From positions 1-64,000 of the forward strand of contig CAVTNR010000011.1 of NCBI GenBank assembly GCA_963736115.1: a DNA stretch of 64,000 nucleotides. Direction: 5' to 3'. The stretch is from an uncultured bacterium. Its GTDB lineage: Bacteria; Zhuqueibacterota; QNDG01; DTFT01. The notes below the pieces were generated by a model, which made no database searches, was not told the DNA's origin, and was given only the letters and a program-made list of their open reading frames with translations. The translations under genes were made by a program, and so were the position numbers. Below, piece by piece: positions 37,144 to 46,718 of this stretch (positions are counted from its first letter, which is position 1; the number at the start of each line of letters is the position of its first letter).

Positions 37144-38562
37144 TCAACGCCCGGCAACATGGAACTCCGGCGGTTTCAGTTGGATCCAGGGAAAGGATAC
37201 GGACCGCCGGCCATTCTCATCCGGCGGATTCAATTGCAGGTCCCGGGTTGCTTTTCCCCGGACCAGAATCCGGACATGTTTACCGTCCGGAACGTAGAAC
37301 GTGAGGCCCTGCAGGTTCTCGCTGTCCGCTTCCATCTCGCCGAGAATCGGGTCCCGGATGCCGTGGATCCGGATGACCGTTCCCGTGGAATCCTCATCAA
37401 AGGACCAGCGGATCGCGCGGCGGACCGTGACATAATTCAACAGTTTGGCGGTGGTCGTGACGAGAATGCGTCCTTCCTTCGAATGAACGGATAAATTGCG
37501 CAGCGCTTCCGCGGTTTGAGGGTTCACCCAGGGCGACCCTTCTCCGTTTTTGCCGAGATGCGTGTAGACGATGCCCGTTCCGCGGACCTCCAGGAGGCGC
37601 CGCAGAACGGCTTCGGAAATGTTCGCGGCCAGTCCGCGGCTGTCCGCCCCGTATCCGATACCGTCCGGATTGACGTCGTAGCGCATGAATTCATAGACAC
37701 GTCTGCCGTCTTCCAGCCGACGGATGCCGATCAGGCCATTGTCCCGGTGTAGAAAATACCGCGTGCTTGAAACTCCGAACCTCGATAATACTCTCTTGAG
37801 AAACGACTTGGCGCCGTTCCGGAGGGACTTCAGACACCCCTTCCGGTCCGGCGGACAGAGATACGACCGCCAGGAGACCGGGGCATCCTGGCCGACAATC
37901 GAGGTGCTGCTTCCGAGACTGACGTACCGGATGGCGTACGGAACCGTCACGTCCGAGTGATAGGCCGGATCGCCGACCCGGTCGCCGCGGTTCGAGGCGA
38001 ACCATTTCGATATATTGGACCGCGCATCGCTGTGGTTGATCCAGACCGGTACGCTGCAGCCGTTCTGCGCGAGCGCCCGAAGCGCGGAACCAGCCTGAAC
38101 GCGTGTCGTGCATCCTTCTCCGTAGGAGTGCAGGCAATCGATAATTCCGGCATGGATGAAGTCGCGAATAATCCGCTTGTCTTGAGGCCGGTCCGAGAAC
38201 CAGGCAAACTCGTTCCGTCCCGGGCGGTCGAACATGTAGAAGCTGTTTCCGATCTCCAGACGGACGCCGCGGCCGAAGGCGGTTTCGTGATCCGTATTGA
38301 GGAATTCCTGTATGGAGAGGAATTCCTCCGGTGTCTCCGTGTTGTCGATGTCGCTGCAGATGCTGAGCGCGGCACGATACGGAAATGGATATTGCCGCAG
38401 TGCCACGGGCGCCTGAGGCGGCGTATCATTGCGGTACAGCCGGCCGGTGCGGGAAAAATCCCATTGAACGGCCAGGATCAGGCAGGCCGGGATCAGAGCC
38501 GTGACGGCGAAGGCCCTGAACAGAATCCGTCGCATCCGTCGGCCGGAATGGGAGCGCTTCAC
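37144..38562 (-). CDS. Hypothetical membrane-anchored protein, distantly deacetylase-like
   Basis: N-terminal hydrophobic anchor; PFPYRAALSICSDID, DCLHSYG, WINHS and YTHLG suggest metal ligands. Confidence 0.55.
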   Translation of the reverse strand: MKRSHSGRRMRRILFRAFAVTALIPACLILAVQWDFSRTGRLYRNDTPPQAPVALRQYPFPYRAALSICSDIDNTETPEEFLSIQEFLNTDHETAFGRGVRLEIGNSFYMFDRPGRNEFAWFSDRPQDKRIIRDFIHAGIIDCLHSYGEGCTTRVQAGSALRALAQNGCSVPVWINHSDARSNISKWFASNRGDRVGDPAYHSDVTVPYAIRYVSLGSSTSIVGQDAPVSWRSYLCPPDRKGCLKSLRNGAKSFLKRVLSRFGVSSTRYFLHRDNGLIGIRRLEDGRRVYEFMRYDVNPDGIGYGADSRGLAANISEAVLRRLLEVRGTGIVYTHLGKNGEGSPWVNPQTAEALRNLSVHSKEGRILVTTTAKLLNYVTVRRAIRWSFDEDSTGTVIRIHGIRDPILGEMEADSENLQGLTFYVPDGKHVRILVRGKATRDLQLNPPDENGRRSVSFPWIQLKPPEFHVAGR

Positions 38563-39704
38563 GGTTTGCCCATCGAAGCGAGACGGTAGCAGTTACCGAA
38601 AATTCTTTCCGCATTTTTCATGCTGTACAACCGGTTCACTTTCGAGCGGTTGTGCCTCCCCATCCGATTTCTGATGGATGGACGGGCGATGAGAACGGCC
38701 AGAGCCCGGACCAGGGCCTTCGGATCGCGGGGAGGAATCAGGAGACCGCCGGTTCCTTCTTCGATCATTTCCGGAACGGCTCCCACTCGGGTCGCCGCGA
38801 CAGGGAGACCCGCGGACATGGCTTCGAGCACGGACATGGGAAATCCCTCCCCATGGCTGGGTAAAGTGAAAATGTCCGCGGCCGACATCCATTCGCGAAC
38901 AGCCGGCGGGGACAGATTTCCAGTGAACAGCATGCGATCTCCTCCGCGCATGGACTGTCGGATCCGCCGGAGTTCGCTTTCCGCTCCTCCCCCGCCGATG
39001 ACGCAGAACCGGAGTTCCGGATGAGAGGGCAGCAGGATTTCGGCCGCGTGCATCAGTTCAAACACCCCCTTGGCCGGGTACAGGTGTGGAGCCGTAAACA
39101 AAATAACGCAGGCGCCTGATGGAATTCCGAGCCCGGACCGGATTTTCATCCGAGGAGGCGTCTCCTCCGTTTTCACGAGGTTCGGAACACGGTCGATGCC
39201 GTCTCTCCGGCTCAGTGAACGGAGCGGAAGTTCCTGCATCCTCGAAAGAACGCCGATCCGCGTCGGGAACGACAGGAGAATACGCGGCATCGACCCCGCG
39301 CCCGGGTGGCGACTCATGAACGATTCCAGATCTCCGCCGTGGATTTGCAGAAAAACCGTCTTGCCCGCGGCCCGTGAAAGAATCACGTATATCGAATCCC
39401 GCCAGAAAGACCAGTCGCCGAAAGAGGTGTGCACATGAACCAGGTGCGGGGCCCTTCGAACGAGAAACAGGATGAAACGCGCCAGGTCCCACAGAACCCG
39501 TACCGCCTTCAGTGCAACGGATTCCTCCCCGTAGGACGCGGATCCCCCTTTGCGTGAATAGGTATGGAAGGGAAGAAACGCGTGTCTTCGGCGAAGGCCG
39601 GACCGCATCAGATTGTCGATGCAGGCCGAGATTCCGCCAATGGCCGGAGGAAAGGCGCCGAGCATGGCGACGCGGAACCGCATGAGGCTTTTCTGCTCAG
39701 GCAT
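38559..39704 (-). CDS. Glycosyltransferase family 4
   Basis: PPAIGGI, KGVFEL, FTLPSHGEGFPMSVLEAMSAGLPV. Confidence 0.92.
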   Translation of the reverse strand: MPEQKSLMRFRVAMLGAFPPAIGGISACIDNLMRSGLRRRHAFLPFHTYSRKGGSASYGEESVALKAVRVLWDLARFILFLVRRAPHLVHVHTSFGDWSFWRDSIYVILSRAAGKTVFLQIHGGDLESFMSRHPGAGSMPRILLSFPTRIGVLSRMQELPLRSLSRRDGIDRVPNLVKTEETPPRMKIRSGLGIPSGACVILFTAPHLYPAKGVFELMHAAEILLPSHPELRFCVIGGGGAESELRRIRQSMRGGDRMLFTGNLSPPAVREWMSAADIFTLPSHGEGFPMSVLEAMSAGLPVAATRVGAVPEMIEEGTGGLLIPPRDPKALVRALAVLIARPSIRNRMGRHNRSKVNRLYSMKNAERIFGNCYRLASMGKP

Positions 39705-40734
39705 GGCCGGAGACGGTCCGGATCAGCTCGTCGGCCAGAAGTTCGGCCAGGCCGGCATGTCCGTTGCCGGCGGACCATCGGCGCCGCTTCACGATCCGGA
39801 TGCGCCCGATTTCAGATTCGTTTTCGATGAAGTTCAGGCGACCGGTCCGGTTGAGATGACGGTCCACGGCCCCGCTTCTGCCCCTGAAAATCGAGTAGAC
39901 CGGAACACCCAGGGCCGCCGCCTCGCGGTTCATGGTGCCCCCCCCGCCGACGACCAGATCGGAATGCCAGATCCAGTTCAGGGCGTCCACCGCGCGGTCC
40001 GGGACGATGAGCCTGCCCGGCAGGCGGGAAACCCGTTGTCGCAGATTCAGACCGTCCTCGACCGATCGCGGAAGGAACAGCACCGTGACGCCGTGATGCT
40101 TCAGCAGAGCTTCCGCAACCCGGTAAAAAAGGGTTTCACTCTCGGGGCTCCGGTAATGGGCCGAGAAGGAGGGGGCGCGCAGCACCACAATCACGGAGTT
40201 CCGCGGAATTTTCAGGCGGCCGAACGTGGCTGTGTCCGGAGTGAAGCCGTGGACATAGGCGTCTTCCTTCAACCCCGGATAGGCGAAGATTTTGGACTGA
40301 GGCACACCCCTCTCCAGCAGAACCCGTGTCGGTATCGCGGACGGAAAAAAGAGACGTTTCGCGAAACGGTTGGCGACGCTGAGGAATACATGCTCGTAAT
40401 CGGTCATGAAAACCGAAGGTATGCCGAGAAGGGAGGCGGCCACGACCTGGTATGTGGAACCCTGGCTGACCGCCAGGGACAGACGGTGTCCATGGCATGA
40501 GCGGACCAGCTGGGCCGTCCGGATGAGGAATCCGGCCGCTTTTGCGGAAGAATGCTTTCCATAATCCCGTCCGATGACGAGAGGATTGAGCCCGTGAAGT
40601 CCGCATAGCTCCTTCACTTGAAACCGGTCCCGGATCGTGATGAAACACCGGTGTCCCCTGTTCTCGAGGGCCCGTATCTGGGGAGCGAAGAAAAGGACGT
40701 GCGGCGGATGGCAGAGATCAAACCAAAAAGTCAA
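39697..40734 (-). CDS. DUF354 family protein (GT-B-like)
   Basis: WFDLCHPPHVLFF, YPGLKE, GGGTMNREAAALGVP. Confidence 0.85.
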   Translation of the reverse strand: MTFWFDLCHPPHVLFFAPQIRALENRGHRCFITIRDRFQVKELCGLHGLNPLVIGRDYGKHSSAKAAGFLIRTAQLVRSCHGHRLSLAVSQGSTYQVVAASLLGIPSVFMTDYEHVFLSVANRFAKRLFFPSAIPTRVLLERGVPQSKIFAYPGLKEDAYVHGFTPDTATFGRLKIPRNSVIVVLRAPSFSAHYRSPESETLFYRVAEALLKHHGVTVLFLPRSVEDGLNLRQRVSRLPGRLIVPDRAVDALNWIWHSDLVVGGGGTMNREAAALGVPVYSIFRGRSGAVDRHLNRTGRLNFIENESEIGRIRIVKRRRWSAGNGHAGLAELLADELIRTVSGHA

Positions 40735-40833
40735 ACCCAGACCTCCCGGTTTGGCGTCACTCAGGCCCCGGCCGGAGAGACTCGAAAGCCGCCGGCTGAG
40801 GGGCGTTCTGAAATTGCGCCCGTGCGTGAAAAA

Positions 40834-43152
40834 TCAGGATGCGCCGTAATAATCCCGGTATGAACGGCGTTCGCCCCGGTCCGCGCCTGTGAGGACCGCC
40901 CCCGCGACTCGGGCGCCGACCCCCTGAAACCGGTCGACGGTTTCCTGGAGCTGTTTCAGACTGGACTTTCCCAGCCGGACGACCACCAGAACGGCGTCTG
41001 TCAGTGGGGACAGAACCAGCGCATCCGTGACCGGCAGCAGCGGTGGACTGTCCAGGATCACGACGCCGTATTTTTTCTGGGTTTCGCGAAGAAACATTTT
41101 CATGGCGGATGAACCGAGTATTTCAGGGGCATTCTTCACGGCCGGTCCGGCCGCGAGAAAATCAAGGTTTTTCAGCGTGGTTTCGCGGACGAGGGATTCC
41201 CAGCCTGTTTTCAGGCTCAGGACGGAGGTCAGTCCTGTTTTCATCTCGGATCCCATAAAAAGCAGGTCTAGGGCCGGCTTCCGGAGATCCGCGTCCACCA
41301 GAAGCGTGGCAATCCCGTTTTCGGCGAAGGCGATTGCGAGATTCGCGGCTGTTGTGGTTTTTCCGTCCGACGGCTCCGGACTGGTTACAATCAGGGTTTT
41401 CCAACGATTCTGGCGCATCGTGTAATAAAGTGAGGTCCGGACCGCCCGATACACTTCCCGAAGCTCCGGTTCGTCATTGCCGAAACCGACCAGAAAGGGG
41501 TAGATACGGCGCGCCCGCTGGGTCCGGGCCTCTCCTTCACCCCGGGAAACGGATTTACGCCCGGCCGGGCGCAGTTCCGGAACGGCGCCCAGAACCGGAA
41601 CGCCCAGGGGAGCCAGATCCTCGGCCGATCCGACCGCACCGAACAGCGTCTGCTTGACAAACACGGTGCCGGCGGCAAGGAGAGTGCCCATCAGAACCGC
41701 CAGAATGAGATTCAGCCGGACGTTCGGCCTGAACGGCGCGGAAGGCGGAACGGCACGGTCCAGAACCCGGATCAGACCGGATTGCCCGTTCTCTCCGATC
41801 CGCGCCTGCTCGTATTTTTCTTTGAGCATGGAGTAAATCTTGGTGTTGAGCTGAACGTCCCGTTCGAGCCGGGCCAGTTCGAGGCTGGTATCCGGGAGCC
41901 GGTCCAGTTTCCCCGAGTAATCGTCGACGATGGATTTGAGGGCCGACATCCGGGCCGTCCAGGACGACTGCTGGGTCCGGATTTCAAGAATGGAGCTGAT
42001 GAGATTTTCGGAAAAGGCCAGGGGATCCGCGGGCGGAATTTCAGCCTTCAGCAGACGGCGGGTCTCCTCTTCGATCCGGTTCTTGAGTCCCCGGATCCGG
42101 TTCTCCATCTGGGTGATTCGGGTGTCGTCCGCAGGATTGTATCCGGCGCCCGCGAGCTGGGCTTCATAGGCCACCCGCTGGGCTTCGATTTCGGCGAGTT
42201 GTTTTTGAAGTTCAGCCAGAACCGGATTGGACTGCCGGGTCATGTTTTCCACGATGTGTTTCCGGCTTTCGTCCAGCTGTTCCTTGAGGAAGGCGAGCTG
42301 GTTCTGCGCGGCCTCGGACTCGGTCTTGGCCTGGTTGTACTGAGACTCGAAACTGGCAAGCTGCTGGACAAGCTGAGCGGTCTCGTCGGGAAGGGAAACC
42401 ACATTGCTGCGTTTCTGATACCGCGCCAGTTTTTCCTCGGATTCGGCGAGAGCCGTCTCCATCTCCTGGAGCTTAATCTCAAGGAAATTTTTGACCTGGA
42501 TGACCTCACCGCGGTTGTCCGAGCGATTGTAATCACGGTAGGCATCGACCCAGACGTTGACCAGAATCGCGGCTTCCCGGGCCGAATGGGCACGGCCTTT
42601 CAGGTAGAGGATGTCCGAATCCCTGCCGTATGAGACGCGTGTGGATGCGTAGAATCGCTCGATCCAGTCCTCCGGACCGGCGGTTTTCCGGACGGGTTCC
42701 GGTTGTGTTTTTCCGCCGGACAGCCGGACCCGCAGGCCGTTCATCCGGCCCGGACGCGCCGTTTGAAGAATGTCCAGGGAATCGGCGTTCTCCGAAGCAG
42801 CCAGACGGTTCACCACATCGGCGGTGAGGGTCCGGCTTTCGAGTATGGTGACCTGGTTCTTGATCCAGTATTGCTGCTGGGATTCAGCGGCGAGATTGAA
42901 TATCTTCTCGTTCCAACCGGGCTGTTCCTGGATGGAGAGCGTGGCCGAAGCCTCGTATTCGCGGGGGGCGCGCATGGAAAGAAAGGCCACCGCCGCCACA
43001 AAACCAATCCATACCGCGGCAAACAACCCCGCGTTCCGCCGAAGCATACGGAGCCAGCGGAAGAGATCGGCCGTGGATTTCGGTGCGGATTTCTCCGGTT
43101 GCCGGCTTTTTTCGTTGAGAGTCGCGTTCAAGGCGCGGCGGCTCCCCGGCAT
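40834..43152 (-). CDS. Wzc-type polysaccharide co-polymerase / tyrosine autokinase
   Basis: Two TM segments flanking a long coiled coil, Walker A SPEPSDGKTT, DADLRKP, DSPP and a C-terminal YRDYY cluster. Confidence 0.92.
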   Translation of the reverse strand: MPGSRRALNATLNEKSRQPEKSAPKSTADLFRWLRMLRRNAGLFAAVWIGFVAAVAFLSMRAPREYEASATLSIQEQPGWNEKIFNLAAESQQQYWIKNQVTILESRTLTADVVNRLAASENADSLDILQTARPGRMNGLRVRLSGGKTQPEPVRKTAGPEDWIERFYASTRVSYGRDSDILYLKGRAHSAREAAILVNVWVDAYRDYNRSDNRGEVIQVKNFLEIKLQEMETALAESEEKLARYQKRSNVVSLPDETAQLVQQLASFESQYNQAKTESEAAQNQLAFLKEQLDESRKHIVENMTRQSNPVLAELQKQLAEIEAQRVAYEAQLAGAGYNPADDTRITQMENRIRGLKNRIEEETRRLLKAEIPPADPLAFSENLISSILEIRTQQSSWTARMSALKSIVDDYSGKLDRLPDTSLELARLERDVQLNTKIYSMLKEKYEQARIGENGQSGLIRVLDRAVPPSAPFRPNVRLNLILAVLMGTLLAAGTVFVKQTLFGAVGSAEDLAPLGVPVLGAVPELRPAGRKSVSRGEGEARTQRARRIYPFLVGFGNDEPELREVYRAVRTSLYYTMRQNRWKTLIVTSPEPSDGKTTTAANLAIAFAENGIATLLVDADLRKPALDLLFMGSEMKTGLTSVLSLKTGWESLVRETTLKNLDFLAAGPAVKNAPEILGSSAMKMFLRETQKKYGVVILDSPPLLPVTDALVLSPLTDAVLVVVRLGKSSLKQLQETVDRFQGVGARVAGAVLTGADRGERRSYRDYYGAS

Positions 43153-44171
43153 TCCAGTCCTTCGGTTTCAGGATCCTCGAACTCCACGGCGACGGGGATT
43201 TCCGGGGAAATCGACCCGCCCGAAGCCTCCACGCTTCGGAGCCATTCATACGTCCGCGTCAGTCCTTCCTTCAGGCTGATCTGGGGTGTCCACCGGACGA
43301 TGCGACGGATTTTTTCGATGTTGACAACGCGGCGCCGGATGTTGTCGATGTCGCGGCGGTCGATGTGGACCGGTTTCTGGCTGGATCCGAAAATCGATAG
43401 AATGGTTCCGGCCAGTTTGTTGACGCTCGTTTCACTGCCGGATCCCACGTTGAAAATGTCGCCCACGGCCTTGGGGTTGAGCGCGGCCATTAACGTGGCC
43501 TCCACCACGTCCGAGACGTACGTGAAATCGCGGGTTTGTTCGCCGTCTCCGTGGATGAGCGGCGGTACCCCGTTCATGAGTTTCTCGAAGAATTTCGAAA
43601 CCACGCCGCAATACGGATTGGTCGGAGACTGATTGAGTCCGTAAACGTTTGAATAACGCAGAATGACGACCGGAACGCCGTAGGTTTCGAAGAAGGATGA
43701 ACAGAAATTCTCGCCGGACAGCTTGCTCGCCGCGTAGGGATTGATAATGCTCAGGCGGTCGTCCTCATTGATCGGGATGTAGCGGGCGTTCCCGTATACG
43801 GAAGCCGAAGAGGCGTAGACGATTTTCTCGATCCCGTGTTTCTTCGCCGCCAGAAGCACGTTGAAAACACCGCCGGTATTGACCAGAAAATCAAGCCGCG
43901 GGGAGCGGGTGGAGACGATGATGTTCCGGACGGCAAGGTTGAAGACGATTTCGGACTCCTGGACCAGTCGGGAGACCAGGTCGAACCGGGTCACCGATCC
44001 CTCGATGAAACGGATGCGGTCGAACTGCCGGATGTTCTCCCGGCGGCCGGTGAAAAGGTCGTCCAGAACCGTGACCCGGGCGCCTTCTTCGACCAGCCGG
44101 TCTGTCAGATTGGATCCTATGAATCCGGCCCCGCCAGTGACCAGAACCCGTTTACCCGCGAACCTCTTCAT
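43128..44171 (-). CDS. NAD-dependent nucleotide-sugar epimerase/dehydratase
   Basis: VTGGAGFIGS, ASSASVYG, YAASK, RYSNVYG, GDGEQTRDFTYV. Confidence 0.93.
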   Translation of the reverse strand: MKRFAGKRVLVTGGAGFIGSNLTDRLVEEGARVTVLDDLFTGRRENIRQFDRIRFIEGSVTRFDLVSRLVQESEIVFNLAVRNIIVSTRSPRLDFLVNTGGVFNVLLAAKKHGIEKIVYASSASVYGNARYIPINEDDRLSIINPYAASKLSGENFCSSFFETYGVPVVILRYSNVYGLNQSPTNPYCGVVSKFFEKLMNGVPPLIHGDGEQTRDFTYVSDVVEATLMAALNPKAVGDIFNVGSGSETSVNKLAGTILSIFGSSQKPVHIDRRDIDNIRRRVVNIEKIRRIVRWTPQISLKEGLTRTYEWLRSVEASGGSISPEIPVAVEFEDPETEGLECRGAAAP

Positions 44172-44192
44172 GGTGCTGATTTTCTCCCTTGC

Positions 44193-44954
44193 TCAAGTGG
44201 CGTCCTTCATGGAAAGAACAAACGGAACGGTCATCATCAGAATGCGTAAATCCAGAAGCAGACTCCAGTGGTCCACGTACCAGAGGTCGTGCAGAATGGC
44301 TTCTTCGTAATTATCGGGCGTGAAGCGGAGATTCAGTTTTGACCATCCGGTGAGGCCCGGCTTTACCTGGAGGCGCCGGTGGTACCATTTCTTGTAGGAT
44401 TCCACCTCGTATGTCGGATGGGGCCTGGGCCCGACCAGGCTCATCTCGCCGGTCAGGATGTTGAAAATCTGGGGCAGTTCGTCCAGACTGCTTGCGCGGA
44501 GAAAACGGCCAACCCGTGTGATTCTCCGGTTGAGGTATTCCACATACTGCTCCACCCGGTCCGTCTGTCCGGCTTCTTCGGTTCCGGACAACAAGGACTC
44601 CACATAGGATTTATGCTCCTTCTCTCCGTCGTCGGCCCGCATGGTCCTGAATTTCCAGATGCGGAATTTTCTGCCGCGGTACCCGATCCGCTCCTGACGG
44701 AAAAAAACAGGACCCCGCGAAGTCGCTTTGATCAGGATCGCGACAATCAGGAAAACGGGCAGGCTGAAAGCCAGAAAGATGGAGGCGAAACCCAGGTCGA
44801 AGAGCCGCTTGACTGCCTGCCGGAGTCCGAGCCCGATTTCCCGGGCGAGACCCGTCTGAATCGAAGATGCCCTGCCGATCCGGCAATCCCCTAAGGATGC
44901 GGCAATCTGATCATCGATGGCGTGATGGAAGGATTTGAAAGGTGCCGGTTTCAT
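44193..44954 (-). CDS. Priming sugar transferase (bacterial sugar transferase family)
   Basis: KRLFD, FRQERIG, KFRTM, RASSLDELPQ, MSLVGPRP, KPGLTGW. An alternative TTG start is at 44981. Confidence 0.92.
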   Translation of the reverse strand: MKPAPFKSFHHAIDDQIAASLGDCRIGRASSIQTGLAREIGLGLRQAVKRLFDLGFASIFLAFSLPVFLIVAILIKATSRGPVFFRQERIGYRGRKFRIWKFRTMRADDGEKEHKSYVESLLSGTEEAGQTDRVEQYVEYLNRRITRVGRFLRASSLDELPQIFNILTGEMSLVGPRPHPTYEVESYKKWYHRRLQVKPGLTGWSKLNLRFTPDNYEEAILHDLWYVDHWSLLLDLRILMMTVPFVLSMKDAT

Positions 44955-44981
44955 ATCATCCAAATTCCGTGATGTCCCCAA

Positions 44982-45665
44982 TCAGGCGAAACGGTATCCC
45001 AACCCGTGTATGGTCTGAATATACCGTGAGGGGTTGGTTTTCTCCCCTAGTTTTTCTCTCAGACGCTTGACATGAACGTCCACGGTTCTGTCCGTGACGT
45101 AGACGTTCTCACCCCACACCTTCCCGAGAATCTCCTCGCGTGAAAATATTGTGTCCCGGTGCGTGATCAGGAGGTACAGGAGCTTGAACTGCGTATACGT
45201 AAGGTCCACCGGCTTGCCGTTTTTCATGACCTCATGGGTTTCGAGGTTGATTTCGATGTCCTTGATCTGGATGGTGTTCGGCGACGTGTCGACCAGGTCG
45301 ATGCGCCGGATCAGGGCTTTGACCTTGGCCACCAGCTCCTCAAGGGCTTCAGTGCCCGCCTGGCATTCGTCCGCGCCGTTTTCGAGCGCGTTGATGCGGT
45401 CCGATGATTTCCGGCTTCCGGTTAAAACGACCAACGCGGTTTTTCGGTTGGTCTCCTGCAGCATACGGTTGATTTCGCCGATTTTGCCCTGTGCGGCGGC
45501 GTAATCGATGACGAACGCGCGCGGATTCTCTTTTTTCAGAATCGGCAGCGCATCCTGGTCCGGCGGTATTGAAACCACCCGGAATCCGGCTGAAGTGAAA
45601 TGCCTTTCGATCTCCTTTGCGACGGAGGCGTCAGGCGTGGCGACAAGAACTTTGGGTGCGGTCAT
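44982..45665 (-). CDS. OmpR/PhoB-family winged-helix regulator with an atypical receiver domain
   Basis: C-terminal LTYTQFKLL...DRTVDVHVKRLREKLG...IQTIHGLGYRF; the N-terminal REC is degenerate. Confidence 0.9.
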   Translation of the reverse strand: MTAPKVLVATPDASVAKEIERHFTSAGFRVVSIPPDQDALPILKKENPRAFVIDYAAAQGKIGEINRMLQETNRKTALVVLTGSRKSSDRINALENGADECQAGTEALEELVAKVKALIRRIDLVDTSPNTIQIKDIEINLETHEVMKNGKPVDLTYTQFKLLYLLITHRDTIFSREEILGKVWGENVYVTDRTVDVHVKRLREKLGEKTNPSRYIQTIHGLGYRFA

Positions 45666-45720
45666 GGTGGCATCCGTTTGTTAATGAAACATCACAGATG
45701 TGAACGATAGGTAATATAAA

Positions 45721-45735
45721 GCAAGTTCCATGCCA
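45721..45735 (-). promoter_or_regulatory. Sigma54 -24/-12 promoter heading the regulator/EPS cluster
   Basis: Minus strand TGGCATGGAACTTGC(T), close to the TGGCAC-N5-TTGCW consensus, ~55 nt before the ATG. Confidence 0.78.
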
Positions 45736-45875
45736 CCCAAATGCGCTATTATTTAGGCTTAACAGACATCCTCGTACGTTGTTGGGAGGGAAAAACCGGA
45801 TGGGGGGAGGAAAAAAATGCCTGTTCCTTTGGGGATTTAAACCTCCATTCGGATCAGTCGACTGAAACGGAAGGG

Positions 45876-46718
45876 TCAGCCTCTGCCCGGCAGAACCAAC
45901 CAGAACAAATAGGCGTATACCACCGGCGCCACCAGAATGGGCGCGTCGAAACGGTCGAACATGCCGCCATGGCCGGGAAGCAGATTTGAAGAATCTTTGA
46001 CGCCGGCATCCCTTTTGAATACGGATTCGGTCAGGTCTCCAATCTGCGAAAAAACGCCGATGATCACTCCGATGAGGATCGCGTCCGTTGTGCTCAGCAT
46101 CGGCAGGGTCCGGTTCTGGATGAACACGCTGACCAGCGGCGCGGAACCAAGGCCGGCGATACCGCCTTCCCAGGTCTTTTTCGGGCTGACCCGTGGAAAA
46201 AGTTTGTGCCGGCCGAAGCTGGAGCCGATAAAATAAGCCGCCGTGTCGCATACCCAGATCGTCAGAACGGTCATCAGCAAAAGCCATCCTCCAGCGGCGT
46301 ACGGCCATCCCGCGTCCGCGGGGAGTTCCCGAATCGGGATGAAAAAGGAAAAAAGGCCGACATAGAAAAAACCGGCGATGGATGCGGAGGCATTGGCGAT
46401 GGCGCCCGGCTTTCCGCGGAACAGCTCAACCAGGAGTGAAAGGACAAGAAAGCATCCTGCGACGCGGGCGGCGACCGGTGTTCCGCCGAAATACCAGGCC
46501 GCGTTGAGCGCCGGGAACGCGGCCAGGCCGGGCCAGACGGCCGGGTGAATCCCCTTCCGCTTTGAAAGGCCGCGCCATTCCCAGAACGACACCACCTGTA
46601 CAATGGTGATCAGGACGGGCAGGGCCAGCCGGCCAGCCCAGAGCGATCCCAGCACCACCGGTATGCCGAACACCGCTACCGCGATTCTCTTTGGGAGCGT
46701 GGAATAAGCGGAACTCAT
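45876..46718 (-). CDS. cdsA: Phosphatidate cytidylyltransferase
   Basis: WVCDTAAYFIG, SPKKTWEG, GDLTESVFKR, KDSSNLLPGHGGMFDRFD. Confidence 0.93.
   Translation of the reverse strand: MSSAYSTLPKRIAVAVFGIPVVLGSLWAGRLALPVLITIVQVVSFWEWRGLSKRKGIHPAVWPGLAAFPALNAAWYFGGTPVAARVAGCFLVLSLLVELFRGKPGAIANASASIAGFFYVGLFSFFIPIRELPADAGWPYAAGGWLLLMTVLTIWVCDTAAYFIGSSFGRHKLFPRVSPKKTWEGGIAGLGSAPLVSVFIQNRTLPMLSTTDAILIGVIIGVFSQIGDLTESVFKRDAGVKDSSNLLPGHGGMFDRFDAPILVAPVVYAYLFWLVLPGRG

Noticed and set aside
27310-45665. EPS cluster as a tRNA-Arg-integrated genomic island
   Set aside because: There is no integrase and no duplicated tRNA 3' end, the cluster lies upstream (5') of the tRNA, and most of its genes look compositionally like the rest of the window.
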